From NCBI GenBank assembly GCA_965233585.1, contig CBDDTI010000295.1, positions 192,418 to 256,417 of the forward strand: a stretch of DNA of 64,000 nucleotides, given 5' to 3'. Positions 9,938 through 18,923 of this stretch are shown here, in pieces. The notes beneath the pieces are model-generated. The model ran no database searches. It was not told the DNA's origin and saw only the letters and a list, made by a program, of their open reading frames with translations. The DNA is from a bacterium. Its GTDB lineage: Bacteria; SAR324; NAC60-12. A program made the position numbers and the translations under genes. Each line of letters begins with the position of its first letter. Positions within the stretch are counted from its first letter, which is position 1.

Positions 9938-11122
9938 ATGAATAGTCAAAAACTTTCACGTAGGTCTTTTATTGTAAAGACAGCAGTAGCCTCTGGTTCG
10001 TTAGCGCTTAGTGAAGGCTTATTGAGCCAAAATGTCTGGGCGGCAAATGGAACAATCAAGGTTGGTGTCTTGATTCCCTTGTCAGGACCTGCTGGCTTGT
10101 TTGGACCTTCAAGTCAAAACTGTGCCAATCTAGCCATTGATGAAATCAACAAAGCAGGAGGATTATTAGGCAACATGATTGAACCAGTTTTTGCTGATGT
10201 TGGAGGGGCTCCTGCTGATGCCAAGCAAGCTGCACTCAAATTGTGGAAGGGTGAGAAAGTCAAAGCATTTATTGGAATGCACGATAGCGCAGTTCGTGGT
10301 GCATTGACCAATTTATTCAAAGGACAGATTCCTTATATTTATACACCAGTTTATGAAGGCGGAGAATGCTCTAAGGGTGTTTATGTCATTGGAGAAACAC
10401 CAGCTCAACAGCTTCAACCTGTCATTCCTTACTTGTCCTCTCAAAAAGATGTTAATCGTTGGTATTTGATTGGAAATGACTACAACTGGCCTCGGGATAC
10501 AAATGCGATTGCCAAAAAGTACATCAATGAAGCAGGTGGCAAAATTGTGGGGGAAGAATATTTGCCCTTCACAGCAGATAATTTTGACTCCAATTTAGCC
10601 AAAATCAAACAATCTGGGGCAAATGGTGTTTTAATCACTTTAGTTGGTGGAGCATCAGTAGGTTTTAATCGTGCCTTTGCTAATTTTGGACTATCCTCTC
10701 AAGCCATTCGTTTAGGGACTTTAATTGAAGAAAATACTTTAATGGGAATTGGTGCAGAAAATTCTAAAAATTTGTTTGCTTCTGCAGGCTATTTTGCCAA
10801 TATTGATACTGGATCAGCCAAATCCTTTGCTCAAAAGTATTATCAAAAATTTGGTCAAGATGCCGCCATTTTGAATGCTTTAGGAGAATCATGTTATGAA
10901 GGTGTGATTTTACTACAAGCCCTTGTCAAAAAAGCAGAGTCTTTTTCAGTGGGGCAAATAGAAAAGATGGCTCAAGGAGTCAGCTATACAGGTCCACGTG
11001 GACAGGCTACTTTAGAGGCAAGGCATTTTGCTAAAGATATTTATCTAGCAGAAGCCCAAGGAACAACTTTCAACGTCCTGAAGACTTTTAGTGATGTTGA
11101 TTCTGGTCAGACTTGCACTTGA
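9938..11122 (+). CDS. ABC transporter substrate-binding protein, amide/urea (AmiC/UrtA-like) class, Tat-exported
   Basis: RBS AAGGAG before ATG 9938; twin-arginine SRRSF signal; YTPVYEGGE and YLIGNDYNWPR motifs. Confidence 0.85.
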   Translation: MNSQKLSRRSFIVKTAVASGSLALSEGLLSQNVWAANGTIKVGVLIPLSGPAGLFGPSSQNCANLAIDEINKAGGLLGNMIEPVFADVGGAPADAKQAALKLWKGEKVKAFIGMHDSAVRGALTNLFKGQIPYIYTPVYEGGECSKGVYVIGETPAQQLQPVIPYLSSQKDVNRWYLIGNDYNWPRDTNAIAKKYINEAGGKIVGEEYLPFTADNFDSNLAKIKQSGANGVLITLVGGASVGFNRAFANFGLSSQAIRLGTLIEENTLMGIGAENSKNLFASAGYFANIDTGSAKSFAQKYYQKFGQDAAILNALGESCYEGVILLQALVKKAESFSVGQIEKMAQGVSYTGPRGQATLEARHFAKDIYLAEAQGTTFNVLKTFSDVDSGQTCT

Positions 11123-11135
11123 ATCAACTGAGAAC

Positions 11136-11990
11136 ATGGATTTGCTTGTCACTTATGCTTTAAATTTGCTTTATGTGATCATGGTCACAGGTCTAATTGC
11201 CTTGGGACTTGGAGTTGTTTTTGGACTGTTGGGAGTCATGAACATGGCACATGGTGAATTTGTGATGCTAGGTGCTTATAATGCGGTCATCTGTCAGCAG
11301 CTTCAATTACCATTTTTCTTTGCGATTCCAATGGCAGTTCTTGTGTCAGCAGGTATTGGATTACTCATAGAATGGTCAATGATCAAGCATTTATACCATC
11401 GTCCTTTTGATACCTTTCTTGCCACTTGGGGCATTGCTATTCTCATACGTCAAGTGGTAGAACTCATTTTTGGTAAAGAATATCAAAGCCTGAATCAACC
11501 TATTGTTGGCATGTTCAATTTATGGGGAGCAACTTATCCCACCTATAGAGTCATCCTGATTATGTTGATTGCGCTATTTTTTGGTGGGTTATGGTTTTGG
11601 TCTCAACATAGTTTGATAGCAACCAGAATCAAAGCCATGGTTGCTAATCCTGATTTAGCAAAAGCCGTTGGTATCAACACAACATGGCTTTCACGTTGTG
11701 TTTTTATCTTTGGTGCTGGTACAGCAGGGTTAGCAGGGGCATTACTTTCACCACTGGTAAGGATTGAACCATACATTGGTTTAGATTACTTACTTTCTTC
11801 TTTTTTCATTTTGATTGTTGGAGGTTTAGGAACATTAGAAGGCTTGTTTCTAGGCACAACAGTCATCAATAGTATTGATGTTGTCGCTTCGGCTTTCATT
11901 AATACTACAGGCGGGTATTTTTTGGTACTCATCACATCAATCTTGTTTTTATGGTTGCGTCCTCATGGGCTTTATTCCAAAAGGATTTAA
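11136..11990 (+). CDS. ABC permease (LivH/UrtB-like)
   Basis: ALGLGVVFGLLGVMNMAHGEFVMLGAY, LATWG, LRPHGL; multiple transmembrane segments. Confidence 0.9.
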   Translation: MDLLVTYALNLLYVIMVTGLIALGLGVVFGLLGVMNMAHGEFVMLGAYNAVICQQLQLPFFFAIPMAVLVSAGIGLLIEWSMIKHLYHRPFDTFLATWGIAILIRQVVELIFGKEYQSLNQPIVGMFNLWGATYPTYRVILIMLIALFFGGLWFWSQHSLIATRIKAMVANPDLAKAVGINTTWLSRCVFIFGAGTAGLAGALLSPLVRIEPYIGLDYLLSSFFILIVGGLGTLEGLFLGTTVINSIDVVASAFINTTGGYFLVLITSILFLWLRPHGLYSKRI

Positions 11991-12037
11991 CCATTGAGTA
12001 TTGAGCAAGGTTTTTTATTTTCATTAGGAGATTAATT

Positions 12038-13993
12038 ATGTCTATTTACCCATACTTAGGAGAACTTAACGAAAAGAGATCTATTCAAGACGAACCCAGT
12101 ACAATAGCAGACTTAGATCAAGGCTATAACTGGTATCCTGATTTGATCAATTTTGATTATGTTGGAACCATAAGAAGATTAGCACCCAGTGAAAAATCTT
12201 TCCTTAAGACTTCTTTATCAGACAGTGAAGCAAACACAGATATTGCTATTATTGGAGCCGGTCCGGCAGGTGTGATTGCAGCCTATGAATTACAGCGAGC
12301 TGGTTTTAAAAAAATTACCATTTACGATGGTGGTGAAATGGCGAGTCATTTCACTAATTATGACGACAATAAAACTAAAACTGTTTCTCGTGCTTATACT
12401 AGCAGTGATGGTTTTGAAATGGGGGCTATGCGATTCCCTGATAGAGCAAAGCTGTTCTGGCATTATTCAAGTGTTGCACTGGGTTCCAGTACTAAGGTAG
12501 AAGCTTTCCCAAATCCTGGAACTGTACCTTCCTTATTAAATTATCAGGGACAAACTTATCCTTTTCAAAGTGAGGTAAAAGATTTGCCTGAAAAATTTAC
12601 TGCTGTGAGAGACAAATTTATCACTGCCGTTAAATCAGCTGTTCCAGGGTACGAAATTGTATCTGGTTTATTGCAAAAACAAACTCTGAATTCTGATGAG
12701 AAAAAAATTGTTGCAATTTATTGGGATACTATGATCAAGAAATATGAGAACAAAAGTTTTTTTGACTTTGCCAAAGAAGATGTTCAATTGACAGAGGAGG
12801 AGATGGACATTTTGTATAGCATTGGTTTCGGTACAGGCCCTTTTGGTCCATTATTTCCTGTCTCATTTTTAGAAATAGCAAGGATTTTGATTTGGGATTA
12901 CGGAAAGGAATATAAATATTCTTCAGAGAACACAGTGCAGCAATTGATTTATTATATGATGAATTATTTGTTGAATCCTTCCGGAGAGGAAAAAATAACT
13001 TACAAAAAGAATACAACTATCAAATCAGTACGTAGAAATAGCTATCAATCGTTGACTCTAGGTGATGCAGCAGGTCAAACGTACGATCATGATAGATTGG
13101 TTATAGCCACTAGTCATACAAGTGCTACTGTTTTGATGGATTGTTCTGCTAGGTATGCTGACACTGAAAAACAACATCCTACATTTGATCCTGATTCACC
13201 GTTATCTGGAGAAACAGTATCTCAAGCTGCGAAGGAGAAGTTGAATTATTTGATCAGATCATTACAAGGAAATTTCTTAATTAGTGCCTCAAAAGTATTT
13301 GTTACATTAAAAAAATTCCCTTGGGAGGAAGGAGCAGTCGCCAATTGGCCTAAGGTAGGAAGTAACCCTGTAAAAGTAGTGCTTACTGATGCGTTACCTC
13401 AACAGTCTTACTTTATTGAGAGTTCTGCCTTTCAAAAACCGGGCTTGTTGATAAGTTATGCATGGGGAAGAGAATCTAACAAGCAGGAAGGACTAGATGA
13501 TTTAGCTTCAGGTGATTCGACGAACCATAATACTTCAGACGTAGGTGCTAACATGCTTTTGGGAGCTTATGACAGACTTTCTGGATTTGGTTCTAGTAGT
13601 GCTTTGTCAAATCCTATTTCAAAAATGTATGAGGTAGTAGCTGATTGTAACCAAGGTGTGCCCAAATCAGATATCAAGGTTCATAAGCTGTTTTGGAATC
13701 AAACACCGGGTGTTTTTGGAGGGTTCAAGCTCAATGTTCCCGGATCATTGGGCAAAGTGAATGCACTTGCTTTTCAATATCGCTTTGTAAATGATTCAGA
13801 ACTACCTGCTTCTTACAAAAAGATCGTCTTATGTGGAGACAGCTTTAGCTATTATGGTGGTTGGATAGAAGGTGCTGCTTGCTCAGCTGTCAATGCTGCT
13901 GCTGCAATTATGTATTCTATTGCTCCGAATAAACTAGATGATGAGGTCAAATCTTGGATCACAGATGATCCTAGACCAAGCACCGATTCTTAA
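12038..13993 (+). CDS. Flavin amino-acid oxidase/2-monooxygenase (phenylalanine oxidase / IaaM-like), paralog 1
   Basis: IIGAGPAG Rossmann motif, EMGAMRFP, FPNPG, GFGTGPFGP, LLISYAW, GGFKL, GGWIEGA; RBS AGGAG. Confidence 0.82.
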   Translation: MSIYPYLGELNEKRSIQDEPSTIADLDQGYNWYPDLINFDYVGTIRRLAPSEKSFLKTSLSDSEANTDIAIIGAGPAGVIAAYELQRAGFKKITIYDGGEMASHFTNYDDNKTKTVSRAYTSSDGFEMGAMRFPDRAKLFWHYSSVALGSSTKVEAFPNPGTVPSLLNYQGQTYPFQSEVKDLPEKFTAVRDKFITAVKSAVPGYEIVSGLLQKQTLNSDEKKIVAIYWDTMIKKYENKSFFDFAKEDVQLTEEEMDILYSIGFGTGPFGPLFPVSFLEIARILIWDYGKEYKYSSENTVQQLIYYMMNYLLNPSGEEKITYKKNTTIKSVRRNSYQSLTLGDAAGQTYDHDRLVIATSHTSATVLMDCSARYADTEKQHPTFDPDSPLSGETVSQAAKEKLNYLIRSLQGNFLISASKVFVTLKKFPWEEGAVANWPKVGSNPVKVVLTDALPQQSYFIESSAFQKPGLLISYAWGRESNKQEGLDDLASGDSTNHNTSDVGANMLLGAYDRLSGFGSSSALSNPISKMYEVVADCNQGVPKSDIKVHKLFWNQTPGVFGGFKLNVPGSLGKVNALAFQYRFVNDSELPASYKKIVLCGDSFSYYGGWIEGAACSAVNAAAAIMYSIAPNKLDDEVKSWITDDPRPSTDS

Positions 13994-14011
13994 ATATTCA
14001 CTCCACATTAG

Positions 14012-15754
14012 ATGCTTTTTCACAGTATCAAGCCTGCTGTTTTTATAGGATTGTTGGCTGTTCCTTGGATTTGGGATAGTTTCACAGGATACCAATTAGG
14101 GCAATATCTTCTTTATGGCATTGTAGGACAAGGAATTGCTTTGTGCTGGGGAAGAACAGGTTTTTTACCTTTGGGACAAGCGTTATTTTTCGGCATAGGA
14201 GCTTATTTATCAGGTGGAGTTTTGATTCACTTTGAACAAAGTGAGTGGTCATTGTTTCCTCTTTTGATCTTGGTCATCTTTGTTCCTGCCTTCCTAGCAT
14301 GGGGTTTAGGTATGATGGTTTTTAAACGTCAGGTTGGCTCTGGTGCTTATTTTTCCATGATCACTTTGGCTCTTTCTATGCTAGGATTCCAGCTTGCTAA
14401 CTCAATGACTTGGTTGACTGGTGGTTTTAACGGTCTGGTTGGTATTCCTAATTTACCTCACATAGATAGCTTTGAGCATCTCTACTACCTCATCGTTTTC
14501 ATTCTGATTGGCACAAGTTATTTCCTGAGTTATCTCTTTCGTACCCCTTTTGGACAATTACTTTCAGCAACTGAACAAAATGAGATGAGGCTTCAAGTTT
14601 TTGGTTTTCAAACGTATCATTTGAAATCTTTGGTTTTTGCCATTAGTGCCACTCTTGCAGGGCTGGCTGGAGTTCTCTATGCACCTCATCAAGGCATTGT
14701 AACACCACAGGCTGTAGGTTTTTTGTTTTCGGCAGAACTTTTGATTTGGACTGCTGTTGGAGGTCGCAATGGTTATTCAGGAGCGATTATTGGTGCAGTG
14801 CTTATTGGCTTTCTGTCATCAGGTTTAAGAGATCGTTTTGAATATTGGGAAGTTTTAGTGGCTCTTGTTTTTTTGACGGTTGTTCTGAAGTTTCCTGATG
14901 GTCTAGCAGGACAAATTTCAAAAATTCAGAAATTTTTGTTTGTTCGTCAATTTCAATCTCCAACCTTCAGACGTTCTCAAAATTTGCCATCTTTTGTGGT
15001 GCCACCTCAGCCTGATTTGCTTTTTTCAAATGTTTCCGTCCAACTCAATTCAGTCAAACTACTCAATGACTTGAATTTTAGTATTGCTAGTAAAGGGATT
15101 CATTGTGTGATTGGTCCTAATGGAGCGGGTAAGACTTCCATGTTTAATGCACTAGCTGGTGTGTTGCCCATTTCTTCAGGAAGCATTAACTGGGCAGGTC
15201 AATCTTTGGTTGGTCTCTCTCCTTGTGAAGCATCTACTTTAGGAATTGGACGTAAATTCCAAATTCCAATGGTGTTTCCCAAATTAAGTATTGCTCAAAA
15301 CATAGATATAGCACTTTGGTCTAATAGACTGAATTGGATCAAACAATGGTTGATGAATCCTTATCAATGGCAATCGGATTTACTGAAAGACTTTGAAGAG
15401 CAGTTTCCTTTTTTAAAAGAGAGTTCCACAAAAGCAGGCGAGCTTTCAGTAGGGCAACGTCAAATTCTTGACTTGGCTATGACCTTTCTTTCACAACCTC
15501 AACTGATTTTATTAGATGAACCTTGTGCAGGACTTTCTCATGCAGAAACAGCAAAGGTGATTGAAGTACTTTTAAAACTGAAAACTAAAACTCAAGCAAC
15601 GATTATGATGATTGAACATGATATGCAAGTCGTCAAGCAGTTAGCTGACCAAGTATGGGTGATGAATCAAGGGCAACTACTGGCTCAAGGCACAATGGCA
15701 GAAATTCAACAAAATACACAGGTGCAGAACATTTATACAGGAGTTTGTCATTAA
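14012..15754 (+). CDS. Fused ABC permease (LivM/UrtC-like) and ATPase (LivG/UrtD-like)
   Basis: N-terminal transmembrane domain (GQALFFGIGAY, TGGFNGL), then Walker A GPNGAGKT and Walker B LLDEP. Confidence 0.9.
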   Translation: MLFHSIKPAVFIGLLAVPWIWDSFTGYQLGQYLLYGIVGQGIALCWGRTGFLPLGQALFFGIGAYLSGGVLIHFEQSEWSLFPLLILVIFVPAFLAWGLGMMVFKRQVGSGAYFSMITLALSMLGFQLANSMTWLTGGFNGLVGIPNLPHIDSFEHLYYLIVFILIGTSYFLSYLFRTPFGQLLSATEQNEMRLQVFGFQTYHLKSLVFAISATLAGLAGVLYAPHQGIVTPQAVGFLFSAELLIWTAVGGRNGYSGAIIGAVLIGFLSSGLRDRFEYWEVLVALVFLTVVLKFPDGLAGQISKIQKFLFVRQFQSPTFRRSQNLPSFVVPPQPDLLFSNVSVQLNSVKLLNDLNFSIASKGIHCVIGPNGAGKTSMFNALAGVLPISSGSINWAGQSLVGLSPCEASTLGIGRKFQIPMVFPKLSIAQNIDIALWSNRLNWIKQWLMNPYQWQSDLLKDFEEQFPFLKESSTKAGELSVGQRQILDLAMTFLSQPQLILLDEPCAGLSHAETAKVIEVLLKLKTKTQATIMMIEHDMQVVKQLADQVWVMNQGQLLAQGTMAEIQQNTQVQNIYTGVCH

Positions 15755-16441
15755 ATGGATGCTCAGCTGGTTCTCAATCAACTTTCAGGGGGTTATGGAC
15801 AGATTCAGATCATCAACAAATTCTCTTTAAGTCTCAACAAGGGTCAGGTGGCTTTCATCATAGGAAGGAATGGAGTTGGTAAATCCACATTGATTAAAAT
15901 GATCACAGGACATCTGCCTTTGATGTCAGGGACAATCCACTTTGACCAAAGAAATATCCATCAGGTTTCTGCTCATCAATATTACAAAATAGGAATCAGC
16001 TATGCTCCACAAGAACGTATTGTTTTTGATTCCTTAACCGTGTTGCAAAATTTAGCCTTGCAACAGCATCATCTGAATTTAGAGCATTCAGTCTTTCAGA
16101 AATTTCCCAGAATCAAAGAACGTCTAAAACAACAGGCAGGAGTACTTTCAGGTGGAGAGAAAAAAATCCTTTCCTTTTGCAGAATCATGCTTGAAAAATC
16201 CAAGTTGAATATCTTAGATGAACCGACTGAAGGAGTCCAACCTGAAAACATTGGAATCATGGCTCAAATGATTCAAGAACAAACCTCTCTAGGTGCGTCT
16301 TTTATTATTGTTGACCAAAACCTGAATCTGATGAGTCAAGTCGCACATCATGTCTATCTTTTGGAACATGGAGAATGCCTTTTTTCTGCTCCAAATAGCA
16401 CAGAGATTCAGGAAGAAATTGTCAAAAGATTACAAATTTAG
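15755..16441 (+). CDS. ABC ATPase (LivF/UrtE-like)
   Basis: GRNGVGKST, LSGGE, DEPTEGVQP. Confidence 0.9.
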   Translation: MDAQLVLNQLSGGYGQIQIINKFSLSLNKGQVAFIIGRNGVGKSTLIKMITGHLPLMSGTIHFDQRNIHQVSAHQYYKIGISYAPQERIVFDSLTVLQNLALQQHHLNLEHSVFQKFPRIKERLKQQAGVLSGGEKKILSFCRIMLEKSKLNILDEPTEGVQPENIGIMAQMIQEQTSLGASFIIVDQNLNLMSQVAHHVYLLEHGECLFSAPNSTEIQEEIVKRLQI

Positions 16442-16553
16442 CTTGTCATCTTTGCAAAATTACTTTTTAATCTATTGTTTTTTAGCTGAACGATAGTTTT
16501 ATGATTGTTATTGTTCATTTTTTATTCACAACCATTTAAGGAGAAACAATATT

Positions 16554-17504
16554 ATGAGTGCATCTTTTGCATCATCTGGAGATTTAGGAGAAAAGAAAAT
16601 CACTTTCAGCAAAATGGGTGAGCATTGCTACGGATTCACAGCAGAGGGAGACCCCAACACAGGAGTCATTGTTGGCGATGATTCTGTGATGGTGATTGAT
16701 GCCCAAGCCACGCCATTTATGGCACAAAAAGTCATTGACCGTGTCAAAAGCATTACTGATAAACCCATCTCTCATGTGGTGCTGACCCATTATCATGCTG
16801 TCAGAACGCTTGGTGCTTCGGCTTACCATGCTGATGAAATCATTATGAGTGATTCTGCTTATGACTATGTTCTGGAGAGAGGAGAGCAAGATTGGGAGTC
16901 TGAATTTAGAAGGTTTCCCAGACTCTTTCAAGGACATGAAAGCATTCCCGGACTCACCTATCCCACCACCACTTTTAGTGAAAACATGACTATTTTTCTT
17001 GGAAAATTAGAAGTGCGTTTGATGAAAATTGGAAGAGGACATACGGCAGGGGATTTGATTGTTCATGTTCCAAAGTCCAATGTTGTCTTTTCAGGAGACT
17101 TGGTAGAGTATGAATCTGCTTGTTATTGCGGAGATGCTCATCTTGGAGACTGGCCTGCCACGCTAGACAAACTTTCTGTCTTCAATGCCAATGCAGTCTT
17201 GCCCGGACGTGGTGCGGCATTGATTGGCAGAGACATGGCGAAAAAAGGGATTGCGATGACACGTGATTTCATTGTGACCCTTTATGGAAGCGTACAGGAA
17301 AGTGTTGCCTCGCAAAAAACACTCAAGCAAGCCTTTGATGCAGCGAATGAAGCCATGCGTGACAAGTTTGGACATTTTGCTATCTTTGAACATTGTCAGC
17401 CGTTTAGCGTGAGTCGTGCTTATGATGAAGCCAACGGCATAGACCACCCCACTATCTGGACTGCTGAACGTGATTTGGACATGTGGAATCAGCTGAACGG
17501 ATAG
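16554..17504 (+). CDS. MBL-fold protein with degenerate metal motif (hmgA-associated family)
   Basis: TAEGDPNTGVIVGDD, LTHYHAVR in place of HxHxDH, GHTAGD, FSGDLVE; RBS AAGGAG. Confidence 0.82.
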   Translation: MSASFASSGDLGEKKITFSKMGEHCYGFTAEGDPNTGVIVGDDSVMVIDAQATPFMAQKVIDRVKSITDKPISHVVLTHYHAVRTLGASAYHADEIIMSDSAYDYVLERGEQDWESEFRRFPRLFQGHESIPGLTYPTTTFSENMTIFLGKLEVRLMKIGRGHTAGDLIVHVPKSNVVFSGDLVEYESACYCGDAHLGDWPATLDKLSVFNANAVLPGRGAALIGRDMAKKGIAMTRDFIVTLYGSVQESVASQKTLKQAFDAANEAMRDKFGHFAIFEHCQPFSVSRAYDEANGIDHPTIWTAERDLDMWNQLNG

Positions 17505-17612
17505 CTACTGCCTAAAAAACAACTTGAAACCTAGAATTATTACAGAAAATTTTTTGTCGTTTTAAAGTCATAACTTCTTAAATTGTGAAAAACTAACTCA
17601 TTCAGGTATAAG

Positions 17613-18914
17613 ATGAAAACCAAAAAAGTAGTAAGAGAAACCATTGCAAAAAGCAAAGAGCAAGACCGAGACTATCATGCTGTGATTTCTTGGATTAAAG
17701 ACTCTGCCATTGAAGATTGTCAAGAGATGGTCGTGGTCAAGGATTCTATCAACGTGCAAGGATTTCCGACGACCAATGGAACAAAAAGCATGGGAAAAAC
17801 CATTGAGCAAACAAGTGCTGGTGCTGTCCAAAAGCTGGAAGAAGCAGGGTATTTGATGACTTGCAAAACGAATCTGCATGAAACCATGTTCGGAATCACC
17901 AGTCAAAATCATGCTTTTGGATTTGTGAAAAATCCTTTGACCGAGACAGGCATCGCTGGGGGAAGCAGTGGAGGAACTGCTGTGGCGATTGCATTGGGTT
18001 ATGCAGATTTAGGTTTAGGCACGGATACAGGAGGCTCTTGCCGTATTCCTGCCTCACTCACTGGAACTTATGGCTTTCGTCCCTCCACAGGACGTTATCC
18101 CAAGGAAGGTGTCATGGTCATTTCTCCAACTCGCGACACGGTGGGGTCTTTTGCCAAGACGTTGCAAGGCATTGTGGAGTTAGATGCTTGTATCGCCCCG
18201 CATTCTCAAACAACAGAGATTCCTGACTTCAAATCTATTCGTCTTGGTGTGGATAAAAAAACCTTTTGGCATGATGTGGATCCAAGAGTCAGCGAAGCAA
18301 CCAACAAAGCCTTGAATCGCCTAGAACAACAAGGCTTCCAGCTGATAGAAGTAGATGCTCACGACATTTTAACACTGGCTAACACTATCTCCTTTCCTAT
18401 TGTTTTGTTTGAAGCCCATGATGCCACTTTGCGAAACCTAGAACAACAAGGCGTGACTCTTGAAGAGTTTCTTGGTCAATTAAAAAGCCCAGATGTGCGT
18501 GCTGTGTTTGTAGATGGCATTGTACAGGGTTTGAGTGTTTTTGGAGAAACACGCATTGCTCAAGCAGATTATGAAGCCGTCATGCAGCAAGAACTTCCCA
18601 AACTTCAAACGATGTATGCACAGCTTTTTGACACTCATCAACTTGATGCACTGCTTTTTCCTACCACTCCTGCCCCTGCTCTTGCGGTTGATGAACAAGG
18701 CATGATCACTTTGAATGGACAATCACAACCAGCGTTCCCCGTTTACATCAGACACATGGAGTTAAGCTCGCTAGTCGCTAGTCCAAGCCTCTGCCTGCCT
18801 TGTGGAAAAACGGCTGAAGGGTTGCCTGTTGGACTATCTTTAGATGGAATTTCTGAAAAAGACCACCATTTGTTGGCAGTAACACAAGCTGTGGATTCTG
18901 TTTTGTCTCACTAA
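17613..18914 (+). CDS. Amidase-signature enzyme, indoleacetamide/aryl-acetamide hydrolase (IaaH-like)
   Basis: VKD, KTNLHE..FGITS, GGSSGG, GTDTGGSCRIPA, SPDV, GLPVGLSLDG. Confidence 0.82.
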   Translation: MKTKKVVRETIAKSKEQDRDYHAVISWIKDSAIEDCQEMVVVKDSINVQGFPTTNGTKSMGKTIEQTSAGAVQKLEEAGYLMTCKTNLHETMFGITSQNHAFGFVKNPLTETGIAGGSSGGTAVAIALGYADLGLGTDTGGSCRIPASLTGTYGFRPSTGRYPKEGVMVISPTRDTVGSFAKTLQGIVELDACIAPHSQTTEIPDFKSIRLGVDKKTFWHDVDPRVSEATNKALNRLEQQGFQLIEVDAHDILTLANTISFPIVLFEAHDATLRNLEQQGVTLEEFLGQLKSPDVRAVFVDGIVQGLSVFGETRIAQADYEAVMQQELPKLQTMYAQLFDTHQLDALLFPTTPAPALAVDEQGMITLNGQSQPAFPVYIRHMELSSLVASPSLCLPCGKTAEGLPVGLSLDGISEKDHHLLAVTQAVDSVLSH

Positions 18915-18923
18915 CTTAAAAAC

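Noticed and set aside
9938..16441. Naming the transporter urtABCDE (urea)
   Set aside because: Family similarity only; there is no urease nearby and the context favours another amide, so the substrate is left unassigned.
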